Virus record (IMG/VR): IMGVR_UViG_3300042429_001107
Length of the DNA: 64,000 bases
Source of the DNA: a virus
Strand: one strand, 5' to 3'
Part shown: one piece after another, positions 27,675 through 38,000 of the stretch
Layout: each line of letters starts with the position of its first letter
How positions within the stretch are numbered: position 1 is the stretch's first letter
Notes under the pieces: model-generated
Seen by the model: only the letters and a program-made list of their open reading frames with translations
Told to the model about the DNA's origin: nothing
Database searches by the model: none
Position numbers and translations under genes: made by a program

Positions 27675-28376
27675 TTATAAAGTGTATTCCCTATAAACCT
27701 CTAGCATTGCGGGTACAATAGGGTGTCTATGGTTTTTCTTAAGAGTTATCACATTAACCCCTTCAACTCTTGCAGCAAGGGTATTCATAAAGTCAAGCCC
27801 GGAGTCTTTTTTATTTTTTAAATCTATTTGAGATGTGTCTCCACATATTATCATTTTAGAACCAATTCCAAGTCTTCCTAGTACCATTTCCATTTGGCTC
27901 ATTGTTACGTTTTGAGCTTCATCTACAATCACACAAGAATTAACTAGAGTTCTACCTCTCATGAAGGGGAAAGGTAAAATTTCTATAATTCCTTCACTAA
28001 GTAATTTTTCAATTTTAGTTTTGTCATAGACCATTTCTAAATTAGCGTAGATAGGAGCTAACCATGGATCCATTTTTTCTTTTAAATCCCCTGGAAGAAA
28101 TCCTATATCCTCTTTTGCTACTGTGGGTCTAGTAATAACTAGCTTTTCAATCTCCCTATTAAATAGCATATCTAGAGCTATTTGCACTGCTAGAAGCGTT
28201 TTACCTGATCCAGCTGCTCCTTTAAGAACACTAACTGGATTGGCCAAAATAATAGCTTTAGCTTCTTTTTGCTCTTCGTTTAGATTAATTTTAAATTTAA
28301 TAGGATTTTTAGGTTTCCTTTTTTGAGTCCAATTGCTTCCTGTAGTCATAGATTTTTTATTTTTTTTAAGAAACAT
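27675..28376 (-). CDS. phoH: PhoH-family ATPase
   Basis: GAAGSGKT, ITRPTV, GFLPGDLKEKMDPW, MRGRT, DEAQN, GDTSQID and HRHP motifs; true start may be MTTGS at 28349. Confidence 0.95.
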   Translation of the reverse strand: MFLKKNKKSMTTGSNWTQKRKPKNPIKFKINLNEEQKEAKAIILANPVSVLKGAAGSGKTLLAVQIALDMLFNREIEKLVITRPTVAKEDIGFLPGDLKEKMDPWLAPIYANLEMVYDKTKIEKLLSEGIIEILPFPFMRGRTLVNSCVIVDEAQNVTMSQMEMVLGRLGIGSKMIICGDTSQIDLKNKKDSGLDFMNTLAARVEGVNVITLKKNHRHPIVPAMLEVYREYTL

Positions 28377-28390
28377 ATTCTATGTTTCTT
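28368..28390. promoter_or_regulatory. Perfect 10-bp inverted repeat in the phoH leader
   Basis: aagaaacata-ttc-tatgtttctt. Confidence 0.5.
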
Positions 28391-28433
28391 TCTTTAATGA
28401 TTGTCCTGTCTTTTTCTATTGTAAGTAATACAG

Positions 28434-28443
28434 GATATATATC
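28434..28443. promoter_or_regulatory. Palindromic, putatively bidirectional late promoter GATATATATC
   Basis: Gives GATATATA on both strands in the divergent gap between phoH and the 28461 gene. Confidence 0.55.
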
Positions 28444-28460
28444 AAAAAAAGGAAAATCAA

Positions 28461-29384
28461 ATGGCAATCACAATTACTGAAATTCTTGGAACCGATTCAA
28501 TTTCAGGTTCTAGATTAACTATCAATGCTAACTTTTTGTTGCTTGAGAATGCTTATAATGATTTAGAAAACACATTTAATATAAACGTGTTGACTGGATC
28601 ACTTGACGTATCTAGCGCAACAAATGGGCAAATTAAAGCAAAATCATTACTGGCTAACAGCTTAGTTATGCCTGCTTCTGGTTCACCTACTATACAACTA
28701 TATGGAACAGGAGCTAGTGGAGGTTACATTATAGCTTCTAGCACAGTTGTAGGAGCTACTGGTATATTCTCTAATGTTCTACAATCAAACACTTTATCTG
28801 CTTCAGGAACAGCTACATTTGGAGCTACTGCAACATTTAATAGTGTGCTAAATGTGGAAGGAAGAATGAGTATCGGAGCGTCCGGTAATTTTGTTAACAC
28901 TAACAGAAAAGCCACCGTGGGTTCTTCTACTGCTTTTCCTAATACACCAGGAGCAGGTGTTACTGGAACTTACTCAACCCCTTACCAATTAACTTTAACG
29001 GAAAATGTTATTTATATACAATCAAATTATGTTTCGAGTGCGTCAGCTGATGCTGGATTTACTACAGGTTTTTTCTTTTACGCTACAACAGGCGCTGGAG
29101 CAACTGCTTCTGATATTCCTGCAGGTTATACTGTAACATTAGTCGACACAGCAACTTCCGCAGGAAAAATTGCTACTGGAGTTACTGGGGGTACTTCTCC
29201 TTATTATACTGGATTTTCAACTGGTGGAAGTGAAGGTGATTACACGGATCCTTTTATACAAACATCGGGAAATCCTTATAAAACATCATTAACTATTATG
29301 TGGGAGCCAAGAATAGGTCAATCAGGAGCTTCACAAAAAGGATCTTGGGTGGTTGTTAACTCTACATCTGGATTTACATTCTAA
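28461..29384 (+). CDS. Virion structural/fibre-like protein (Gly/Thr/Ser-rich)
   Basis: N-terminal I..I...D.......IN.NF motif shared with the 40747 fibre; low-complexity GAT/GVTG content. Confidence 0.55.
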   Translation: MAITITEILGTDSISGSRLTINANFLLLENAYNDLENTFNINVLTGSLDVSSATNGQIKAKSLLANSLVMPASGSPTIQLYGTGASGGYIIASSTVVGATGIFSNVLQSNTLSASGTATFGATATFNSVLNVEGRMSIGASGNFVNTNRKATVGSSTAFPNTPGAGVTGTYSTPYQLTLTENVIYIQSNYVSSASADAGFTTGFFFYATTGAGATASDIPAGYTVTLVDTATSAGKIATGVTGGTSPYYTGFSTGGSEGDYTDPFIQTSGNPYKTSLTIMWEPRIGQSGASQKGSWVVVNSTSGFTF

Positions 29385-29400
29385 TTAAGAAAAATAATCA

Positions 29401-31581
29401 ATGGCAAAAACACCTTATATAAGACCGATAGCAGTTCAGGGGGGTACATTTTATACCTTCTCTTCTGCTGCAGAAGATCTCACATTAACATTTAATAATT
29501 CATTAAAGAAATTTAGTTTTTCTAAGTATGCTCTTTTGAAGATTCCTGAAATGGGATCTCCGACATATAAAGAAAACACTTTGCAATTTAATGCCATTGA
29601 TACAACTTTTCTTGATGCAGCTTCTGGTAATTTCGTGTTAACAAACCCTAATAATCTTAGTCCTTCTCCTGAAATTTCATTTCAGAATTATTGTTTAAAT
29701 TTAGAATCTACTGTTATCTCGGATCCTAATTACAATGCAGAATTAAAAAGAAACGTTTCTGAAAGAATTTTTTGGAAATGGATAAAAGAATTAGGGGGTG
29801 TTAGATACAGATCAGCAAATACAAATGAGGTAGTAGCTTCTTTAAACCAGACTACAACCACAACGGTTAATGGGTTTCCTTACTCAGATAAAAGATGGGT
29901 AGAAGAAGACACATTATTAACTGGCAATGGTACACCAACTCCTAGATATGAAAGAATAGTACAATATATTGGTGATATTGATGTGGTAAACTCTGTACAA
30001 AATACGGATAATGCTTATTCGGAGGTTTATATTCATGTGCCAACAGGAGACGGAGGAACACCATATGTTCTATTTAAAACTGTTGCTGATGAGAATTATT
30101 ATCCCGATAGAACATTTACACATTTACCTCCAGATCCTTTAGACACTGAATATCTTCAAGGAAGAGATTCGGCTTCAGGTTTATATGGCCCTAACGGATT
30201 ACCTAAATTGGCTATATTCGATCAAGACGTTTTAGGAGAACCTGGTGTCACTGGAATATCTGCAACTGGTACATTTTTAAGTAATTGGTATTCACCTAGA
30301 GATGAGGCTAATTCTTATTTTACTGATCCTAGTTTCTTTGACAATAGCAATTATACATTGGAAAAATATGTATCTACTGCACCTGCTGGATATAGTGTAA
30401 ATTATAAAAGAAGTAACCTAGATGGAGTACAAATTGATTTTGAACCATCGTCTTATAAAGCCATTCAAAATTATGTAGGGATTTCTACAATAGAAGAATG
30501 GAACGGAACTCCCACTACAACTTCTTTTGAATTTAATGCAGTTCTTGTTTATTATGATGTTTACGATCCTAATAACCCAACAGATTCAGAAACAAATCTT
30601 TATGGTATTTTATTCTTAAATGATCCTGAGCCTGTTTCTATTAATGCAGCTAAATTCCCCAATTTCAAGAAATTTAAGCCGGATCCTATTACTAAATTAA
30701 ATGGTAATTCTTACGGATTCAAAATAAATCTTAAGTTTGATACTGATGTGGAAAGCACAGGAGTAGAGCAAGCAATAAACGATTATTCTTCATTCTCGCT
30801 TTCTATCTTTATGGATGCAGCTACTGTTTTACAGGATGCAGCTAAGAATCTTAATGATAGAACATTAGAGATAATGGGAATGCAGGATCAAATTACTGCA
30901 TTGACAGATCTTATTATTAATACAGACGATAGCACAGATATAAAATTAAGATTAGATACAGTTGAAAAATCATTACAAGCAAATCAAGCTCTTTTTGATA
31001 ACACTCAAGATATCTTAAGTTTAATTGAAAGAAATAGCGATACTATACAAAATATATTACAGAATCAGACATCTATAAATATGACTTATAACCTTGACCT
31101 TCTAAAAGATGGTGATGGTACTTTTGTTGATAGATCAACTCCTAATATATTAAAAGTTGATGTTACACAGCAAGATTATAATATAGGAACTAATTCTTTA
31201 TTTACTATTAATCCTGTTGCTGGTAACACAGTATCACTTCAACTTTACACTAATTACCTTAAGCATAAAAATAATGGATTATCTATAACAGCAAATAATG
31301 ATATTGTTATTAAGATAGATGATACCACAAACAAATGGCAAAAGGGACAAGTTCTAAGATTAGTAATAGGTGATGATATAGATTTGGGTGTTTATTCATT
31401 GGTTATTTTAACTGATGCTTTAGGGGAATATCCAAAAGGAACTCCTTCAGGAGTACCTTATTCTAGTGTAGTTGCAGGATTTATAAATATTCAATTTCAA
31501 AATGCTTCTTACAAACCTATCTTTGATATTGTTTGTGTAGATGATAAAAATCTAATATTTGAAGTGGACCAAATAAAATAA
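29401..31581 (+). CDS. Putative virion structural protein (726 aa)
   Basis: Long ORF in the structural operon; central coiled coil. Confidence 0.45.
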   Translation: MAKTPYIRPIAVQGGTFYTFSSAAEDLTLTFNNSLKKFSFSKYALLKIPEMGSPTYKENTLQFNAIDTTFLDAASGNFVLTNPNNLSPSPEISFQNYCLNLESTVISDPNYNAELKRNVSERIFWKWIKELGGVRYRSANTNEVVASLNQTTTTTVNGFPYSDKRWVEEDTLLTGNGTPTPRYERIVQYIGDIDVVNSVQNTDNAYSEVYIHVPTGDGGTPYVLFKTVADENYYPDRTFTHLPPDPLDTEYLQGRDSASGLYGPNGLPKLAIFDQDVLGEPGVTGISATGTFLSNWYSPRDEANSYFTDPSFFDNSNYTLEKYVSTAPAGYSVNYKRSNLDGVQIDFEPSSYKAIQNYVGISTIEEWNGTPTTTSFEFNAVLVYYDVYDPNNPTDSETNLYGILFLNDPEPVSINAAKFPNFKKFKPDPITKLNGNSYGFKINLKFDTDVESTGVEQAINDYSSFSLSIFMDAATVLQDAAKNLNDRTLEIMGMQDQITALTDLIINTDDSTDIKLRLDTVEKSLQANQALFDNTQDILSLIERNSDTIQNILQNQTSINMTYNLDLLKDGDGTFVDRSTPNILKVDVTQQDYNIGTNSLFTINPVAGNTVSLQLYTNYLKHKNNGLSITANNDIVIKIDDTTNKWQKGQVLRLVIGDDIDLGVYSLVILTDALGEYPKGTPSGVPYSSVVAGFINIQFQNASYKPIFDIVCVDDKNLIFEVDQIK

Positions 31582-31587
31582 GATAAA

Positions 31588-34500
31588 ATGTCAAACACAA
31601 AAAATTCATTCTCTTCTTTAATAGCTCAATTTTTAAGGCTTCAAAAGAATTCTTTAGAAATCATAAATAAATTGAATGATGTTGCGACATCATCTAAAGA
31701 TTCTGTTCAAATTGAATTTTTAATGGACGATAACACTTCAGAGAATATTCAAATACCTTCTTATGGATTTTTAAAATCTGAGATTAATAGAATTGATAAA
31801 AATGTATTAGCACTTTCTGGGTTAGAAGACACTACAGCAAATATTAGAAAATCTGATGGCACTGTTTCTAAGATATATCAGGCTAATATATTAAAGGATC
31901 CTTTATCACCAGGAAGTCTTCAAGTACCTGGTACATTTCAAGCTAGAAATAATTGGTTTTTTGAATCATTTTTAAATCCGCTTCTTTATGTTTCTATTGA
32001 TGTAGAGAATCAGATCCCAGTAAATTCTGAAAATGTTTACGTAAAAAGAATTATAGCTAACACTCAAACTGATGTGCAAAAAGCATATTTCGATGCTAAT
32101 TTAAAAGGAAGAAATGATATTACTGATTCTGATTTTATTGATTCATTAAAAAGCCAGGGAATTCAATATTTTACTGATGAGCAAATAAATGAATTAGAAT
32201 TAAGAACAATAAGATATATTGGATCTTTTGGAGTACTTAGAATTTATGATGAAGAAACTCAGGTAACAGAAAATGGTATCACATCAACTAATACTGTTAG
32301 AAAATATAAGTTAACCACATTAAGATATACAGATACTTTAGCAACATCAACAGATTCTAGAACCCTAACAAAAGGTGACACTTTAATGACATCTGGGGGA
32401 ACTAAATATGAAATAACATCAATTGACACTACTAATCAAACATTATCTCTAAAAAGATTATTTGGATTTGAAGCAATAAAAATAGGAGATAATGCTCTTA
32501 CAATTTATTCTAATGTTTTATCTGATAGAATGGTAGATGTTAATGTGGGATTTGATGAAAGACAAGCTATTTTTATTAAATCTATTGATGGCGATTTTAA
32601 TGTTGCATCTAGTAAATATAGTCCTGGTGTTTGTTTCTTGTCTAATGAATTACAAATAAACACATCCGATGGTGTTAAGACATTATCCGAATTCTATTCT
32701 TCACAAGTTTCGGATTTTAGTAAGATCTTTATTTCTTCTGCTAAAGAGAATGTTATTCCTGCAGTTTATGGACAAACCCCTTCTGCTCCTGTAGTTTCTC
32801 CTGGAAACTTTAAGGTAGTTAAAGTGAATTCACAGATAACAGATTCTAAAGAAAATGTAGATTTTAAAGATAAGATTAAAATTAAAACATCTTTAAAAAA
32901 TGAAATAGGTTCAATAGACAGAGCAATAGATCAGACAAGAAAACAACTTTCTGAACTAACTACAACTTCTAAAGGGAAAACACCTACTGCTGAATACAAG
33001 AAATTAAACGATAAGATCACTTCATTAGGCAAAGATAAACAAATCAGAACAGATTTATTAGCTACTACAATTACCGAAGTTAATAATCTAACTATTGCAG
33101 CACCTGAATTAACGGAGGCTCCTAAATATAGAGTCAGAGGATTTTGGCCTATACCTGAGCCAATTATTGATTCTAAAACGGGAGAACAGAATATTGTTCA
33201 ATTTAATGTGAGATACAGATACCTTTCATTAACAGGAAATTCTAATGGTACAACTCAGATTGATTATGTAGACAATAATGGGGTACAAAAGACTGGACAA
33301 TTTACAAATTGGACACAGTTTACAAGCGATTTAAGAAAGAAAGTATATGATTCTAATACTGGAACATATGTTTGGCAAATTGAAGATGTTAGTGATGCTA
33401 ATACGGTAAATATAAATCAATTAGATATTGCTATAACCAAAGGAGAAAAGGTTGAAATACAAGTTCAATCTATATCTGAAGCTGGTTGGCCCACTAATCC
33501 TTTGACTTCTGATTGGTCAACTTCTGCTATAGTAGAATTCCCTGCTAATTTGGTTGTGTCAATAGACAACGGTGCTTTTATAGCACAAAATAGTATGGAT
33601 CAGGCTGTAGTTAAAGTACAGGAGGATTTACAAGCTAAAGGATTAGACCAACATTTATCTACACAGTTTACATCTGGTGATAAATTTTATGCTCATAATT
33701 CATCTGCTATTGCATCAGGATTCTTTGATGGAGCAGGAAAAGCATTAGATTTATTTCAGAAGTTAACTCAAATTGATAATGAATTACAATCATTAAGAGC
33801 ATTAGTAGCTAAAGCAAAAGGCACTTTAGGTGTTTATATAAGAAGCGGTGGTACCTCTAATAAGATTAATCCTGGTAGTACAGTTAATTTATTTGCTGGA
33901 TATTATGATCAATTAATAGATCTTTCAAATCCAGGTAATAAAGGTAAAATAGCATCTGTGATTTATTACTTAGAATTAAGAAATGAAGCTGCTACGCCTT
34001 TAGAACTTTCTTCTTTAATACCTGGAGGACAAGGAGTTAAAGCACCTATCACAATAAGCGGACAGAACGATTATAACAATAACAGAAAATACGGAGAAAC
34101 GCCAATTCAATTATCGGGTATTAACTCTGCTAATGTTGATGTTAATACACCGGGAGCATTTATACAAGCATCAGGATATCAAAGTGGTAATGCCTATTCA
34201 CAATTTGTTTACACTAGGTATAAGAGTGTGGGATTAGGCGAGAATCTTTATTTTATTCCACCTACGGGTTTAATATGGAATAGTACTCAAGGTACTGCTG
34301 ATGGCGCATCACAATTACCTATAAATAATGATGGTATACTTATGCCTTTTGAGCAACCAGGAGCTCCTACAGGAGCTGGTGCTAATGCTAATATTTGGAG
34401 CGGAACTTATACTTCAGCTTTACCTGATGGAAATGGTAGTCTAAATGAATTCTGTGTACATATATCGCATCCAGATATCAATGATGCATCTTCCAGTTCT

Positions 34501-35085
34501 TTTTCTAATTTAGAAAGACCATTAGTAATTGGATCTGGAACTATGGCTTATCCTGCATTCAGACATGCTTTAGGATTTGAGACTGACACTAATATAACAT
34601 CTTCTTTATCAACAAGTTTACAAACACTTTCTACTCAACAATTAGAATACTATCCAGCTAATTCGGCATCAGCATTTGGTATTGACGATAATGCTTATCC
34701 TAATAAATTAGGATTTATAGATTCTGATGAGTTCTTATGTGGTAAGTACTCTTGCGGATCTTATTTATTTATAGCACCAACCTCACACACTGCAATACAA
34801 ATAGAAGGATCAACACAGTTAGCTAAAAAGACATTAGAGTTTGGACAAGAAAACGCAATAACAGTTCCTTTAATTTTTCAAATGAGAGCTCAAGATAAAT
34901 TAGGATTTATTGGAGGATGGAGAAATGCTGGTAACCTTAAAAATATCACATACAGTAAAAAAATAGGAATAGATATACAAGTAAGAAACGAGGATTTATT
35001 TTCTCTTGACGTTCTTGTAACCGGAAGCTATACTAAAACTTCGTTAGTTTCTCCAGCTTATTCACAAAGTAATCAAACTATTTAA
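31588..35085 (+). CDS. Putative virion structural protein (1165 aa)
   Basis: Long ORF with coiled-coil segments and an FN3-like stretch (VQFNVRYRY..VEIQVQSISEAGW..SDWS). Confidence 0.45.
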   Translation: MSNTKNSFSSLIAQFLRLQKNSLEIINKLNDVATSSKDSVQIEFLMDDNTSENIQIPSYGFLKSEINRIDKNVLALSGLEDTTANIRKSDGTVSKIYQANILKDPLSPGSLQVPGTFQARNNWFFESFLNPLLYVSIDVENQIPVNSENVYVKRIIANTQTDVQKAYFDANLKGRNDITDSDFIDSLKSQGIQYFTDEQINELELRTIRYIGSFGVLRIYDEETQVTENGITSTNTVRKYKLTTLRYTDTLATSTDSRTLTKGDTLMTSGGTKYEITSIDTTNQTLSLKRLFGFEAIKIGDNALTIYSNVLSDRMVDVNVGFDERQAIFIKSIDGDFNVASSKYSPGVCFLSNELQINTSDGVKTLSEFYSSQVSDFSKIFISSAKENVIPAVYGQTPSAPVVSPGNFKVVKVNSQITDSKENVDFKDKIKIKTSLKNEIGSIDRAIDQTRKQLSELTTTSKGKTPTAEYKKLNDKITSLGKDKQIRTDLLATTITEVNNLTIAAPELTEAPKYRVRGFWPIPEPIIDSKTGEQNIVQFNVRYRYLSLTGNSNGTTQIDYVDNNGVQKTGQFTNWTQFTSDLRKKVYDSNTGTYVWQIEDVSDANTVNINQLDIAITKGEKVEIQVQSISEAGWPTNPLTSDWSTSAIVEFPANLVVSIDNGAFIAQNSMDQAVVKVQEDLQAKGLDQHLSTQFTSGDKFYAHNSSAIASGFFDGAGKALDLFQKLTQIDNELQSLRALVAKAKGTLGVYIRSGGTSNKINPGSTVNLFAGYYDQLIDLSNPGNKGKIASVIYYLELRNEAATPLELSSLIPGGQGVKAPITISGQNDYNNNRKYGETPIQLSGINSANVDVNTPGAFIQASGYQSGNAYSQFVYTRYKSVGLGENLYFIPPTGLIWNSTQGTADGASQLPINNDGILMPFEQPGAPTGAGANANIWSGTYTSALPDGNGSLNEFCVHISHPDINDASSSSFSNLERPLVIGSGTMAYPAFRHALGFETDTNITSSLSTSLQTLSTQQLEYYPANSASAFGIDDNAYPNKLGFIDSDEFLCGKYSCGSYLFIAPTSHTAIQIEGSTQLAKKTLEFGQENAITVPLIFQMRAQDKLGFIGGWRNAGNLKNITYSKKIGIDIQVRNEDLFSLDVLVTGSYTKTSLVSPAYSQSNQTI

Positions 35086-35088
35086 TAA

Positions 35089-38000
35089 GTGGCTAGAAAA
35101 ATAATAAAACAGACCTCATCTTTTGGGGTACTTAGAGCAAATCCTAGAATATCTGGTAATGTTAAAATAACCGTGGATTCTAGTAAAGGGATCTGGCTTA
35201 ATTCGATAGATTCTAATTCGGAAATGTCTAATAGTGCTTATAAAGGATTTAGTATATCACCGGATTCATCATTTGATAAGGATTTATATAGATTTTTTGA
35301 CGAGGGGAAGACTCCACCGCAATTTGTTTTTGGACTTATTGGAGAAGAAGAACCTGTACAAAATCAAACAAATGATCTATCAAGTGTATACAATTTCTTT
35401 TATAGCTCAGGTGTATCACCTTTAGCTTCTGATAGATATTCGGAAGATTTCACTTATCTTGCACCTTTATGGATAGGTGAGGATATTCCTGATCATTTTG
35501 TTATATTCAAAGTGAATGATCCTATAGATTATTCTTATAAGATACCAGTTACATCTTTAGTAGTGGGAAAATTATATAAAGTATTACAAGACACAACAGT
35601 AGATGCTACTGCTCCTGGTTACTTACCTTATAAAATATCAAGTAATACTGTTACATATACGGACGGAAATGTTTTTACTGCTGCATCTACATTATTTAAT
35701 GTTACACAAGGAAGCGGAACAGTGATATTATTAGATTCTTCTTATAATATAAGCTCCGTAGAGGACACAGAAAACCATTTCTATGATAAGATCTTACCTA
35801 AGGCTACAATAGTGTCTACGTTCGATCTCACTGAAGATTCTGATATTGGTAAATATTTAAGAAAAATAAAAACAACTCCAGGATATACGGAGAATTTAAT
35901 AGACGCAAGATTTGAAGATAATCAATTAACTACATTTAATGGGGTTAATTATAATGTTGGTATATTCGATAAAAAAGGTGATTATCTTTTTGATTATTAT
36001 GAAAATGCAGAAACACAAATAGGATTTGAGGATTTTATAACTAATGGATTTAGAAATAATGGAATTCTTAGTTATAAACTATTAAATATGGAATTCCTAT
36101 TTAATGATACAGACTCGGAAAATTACACCATAAATAGATATTTTGGTCTTTATGTTAATGCTCCAGAGTTAGCTAAATTTAAACTTGATGGGGATTCACT
36201 ATTTAAAAGTCTTGGATCTTCAGGAAATACACCAATCCCAGATAGAAATGATAAGGGATATTATAGCCAAGAAAATAGTTATTTCCAATACAACGACAAT
36301 GGTGTTAGAATTTATATAGATCCCAATTATATCACTGGTGTTCTTCCAAATTCTGATGATGTAAACATTTTAGAGCAAACCAAATTATTTTGGATAAAAG
36401 ATAAGAATGGAAATTTTCATTCATTAAAGAGAGAAATAGATTATGGAATAACTTCTCCGACTTCTTCTTATACAACTTATGGATTAGGTCCAACAGAGAA
36501 TGAATTAGTTATACAAGATGTTTCTTTAGATCTTAGTTTACTTACTGGTAAAGATGATTCAACAAAGAAACAATATAAAGCAGTAAGCACGGGGGAAAAA
36601 GGAAGAGGATATTCAGTAATAAGAATTGGCGGAACGTTAACAAACAACAATGAAAATTGTTTCTTATTTTATAATCCATTAGGAGCTTATGGAGTTCCTG
36701 GTTCTAAATATGATATACTTAGAGCTTCTGATATGTCATCGATTGTAGATGAATGGGGTCCTGGAAGTTTTTATTCTCAAGATAGCACATACTATTATCA
36801 TGCAGGAGGAACAAAAGAAGATATAGCAAAAGCATTATCGGGATTATTAAACAGTTTTAATTATAATTCATTTGAAGCATTTGAATCTGGTGATGAATTA
36901 GTAATAAGAACTAAAGCAACAGGTACACAGGAAAATAATAAATATTATCTTGACTTCTTTTTAAATCTGTCAACTAATCAAAGAATGCCAGATTCACAAA
37001 GAGGTATCGTTTTTATAAACGAGAAAGATGCCTGTGATATAAACCAAAAGCAATCTTTTGTTGGAGGATCTAATTATTCTAATACTAGAATAAAAGTTAA
37101 AATAGAAGATGCAAATAAAATAGAAGTTGGTAAAACTTTTATTGACACAGTAAAAAATACATCAACCGATTCTTTTAGCGGATTATCAACATATTCTAAT
37201 AAGTCTTCATCTGTAGTTATAGGTAAGTATAGGTTCATTGATCAATATTCTAAAGATGAAAAAGGAGAGATTATAGGAATTAAAGACTTTGAAACTCATG
37301 CAACTTTAGAGATTAAGAATTTCACAGAAACTGTAGCCATTGGCTCATCTGGAGATATCTCTGCATTTAATACATACGATATACCTTTAGGAGTATTCTC
37401 ATTCTACGGTCTAAGAGAGATTGATATGGATTTTTGGTCAAGTCAATATGGCTATACACCCACTGAGGAATATTATAAATACTTAGATGTTCAGCCTTCT
37501 GGAGTTACTAAAATAATTCCAGGTAAAACATATTTTGTATCTAATGGAGCAGAAATAACATACGGGGCTTCATCTATAAATGGTCCTGATTTCTTTGAAG
37601 GTATTGCAGGAAATGAAGAATATACTCTGGTTACTTCCTCTACAGGAGCAGAGTCTAATGTTTTTCCTACATTATCATCAAGAGGTCTTATAACATCAGG
37701 AATAACGGGAAGTAATTTTGATTATACTTTCTATCCAGACCTAGATGCTTTCCCTGGATTTTATGGGATACAATCTCTACAATTTATTAATAATACTAAT
37801 GGTATTGATACTAAATATGATGTATTAAATTTTGGTAAATTAGACTCTGAATATGATTACACTCAAGATAATTATAATCCTGAATTTGCTTTAAAAAGTA
37901 GGGTAAGTCCTTATATAACAAAATGGGTTTATAACGGAGGAACAGATATTAGAGGAAATGGATACAGACTAAATTCAAATATTGCTTTTAGTCCTCTAAA

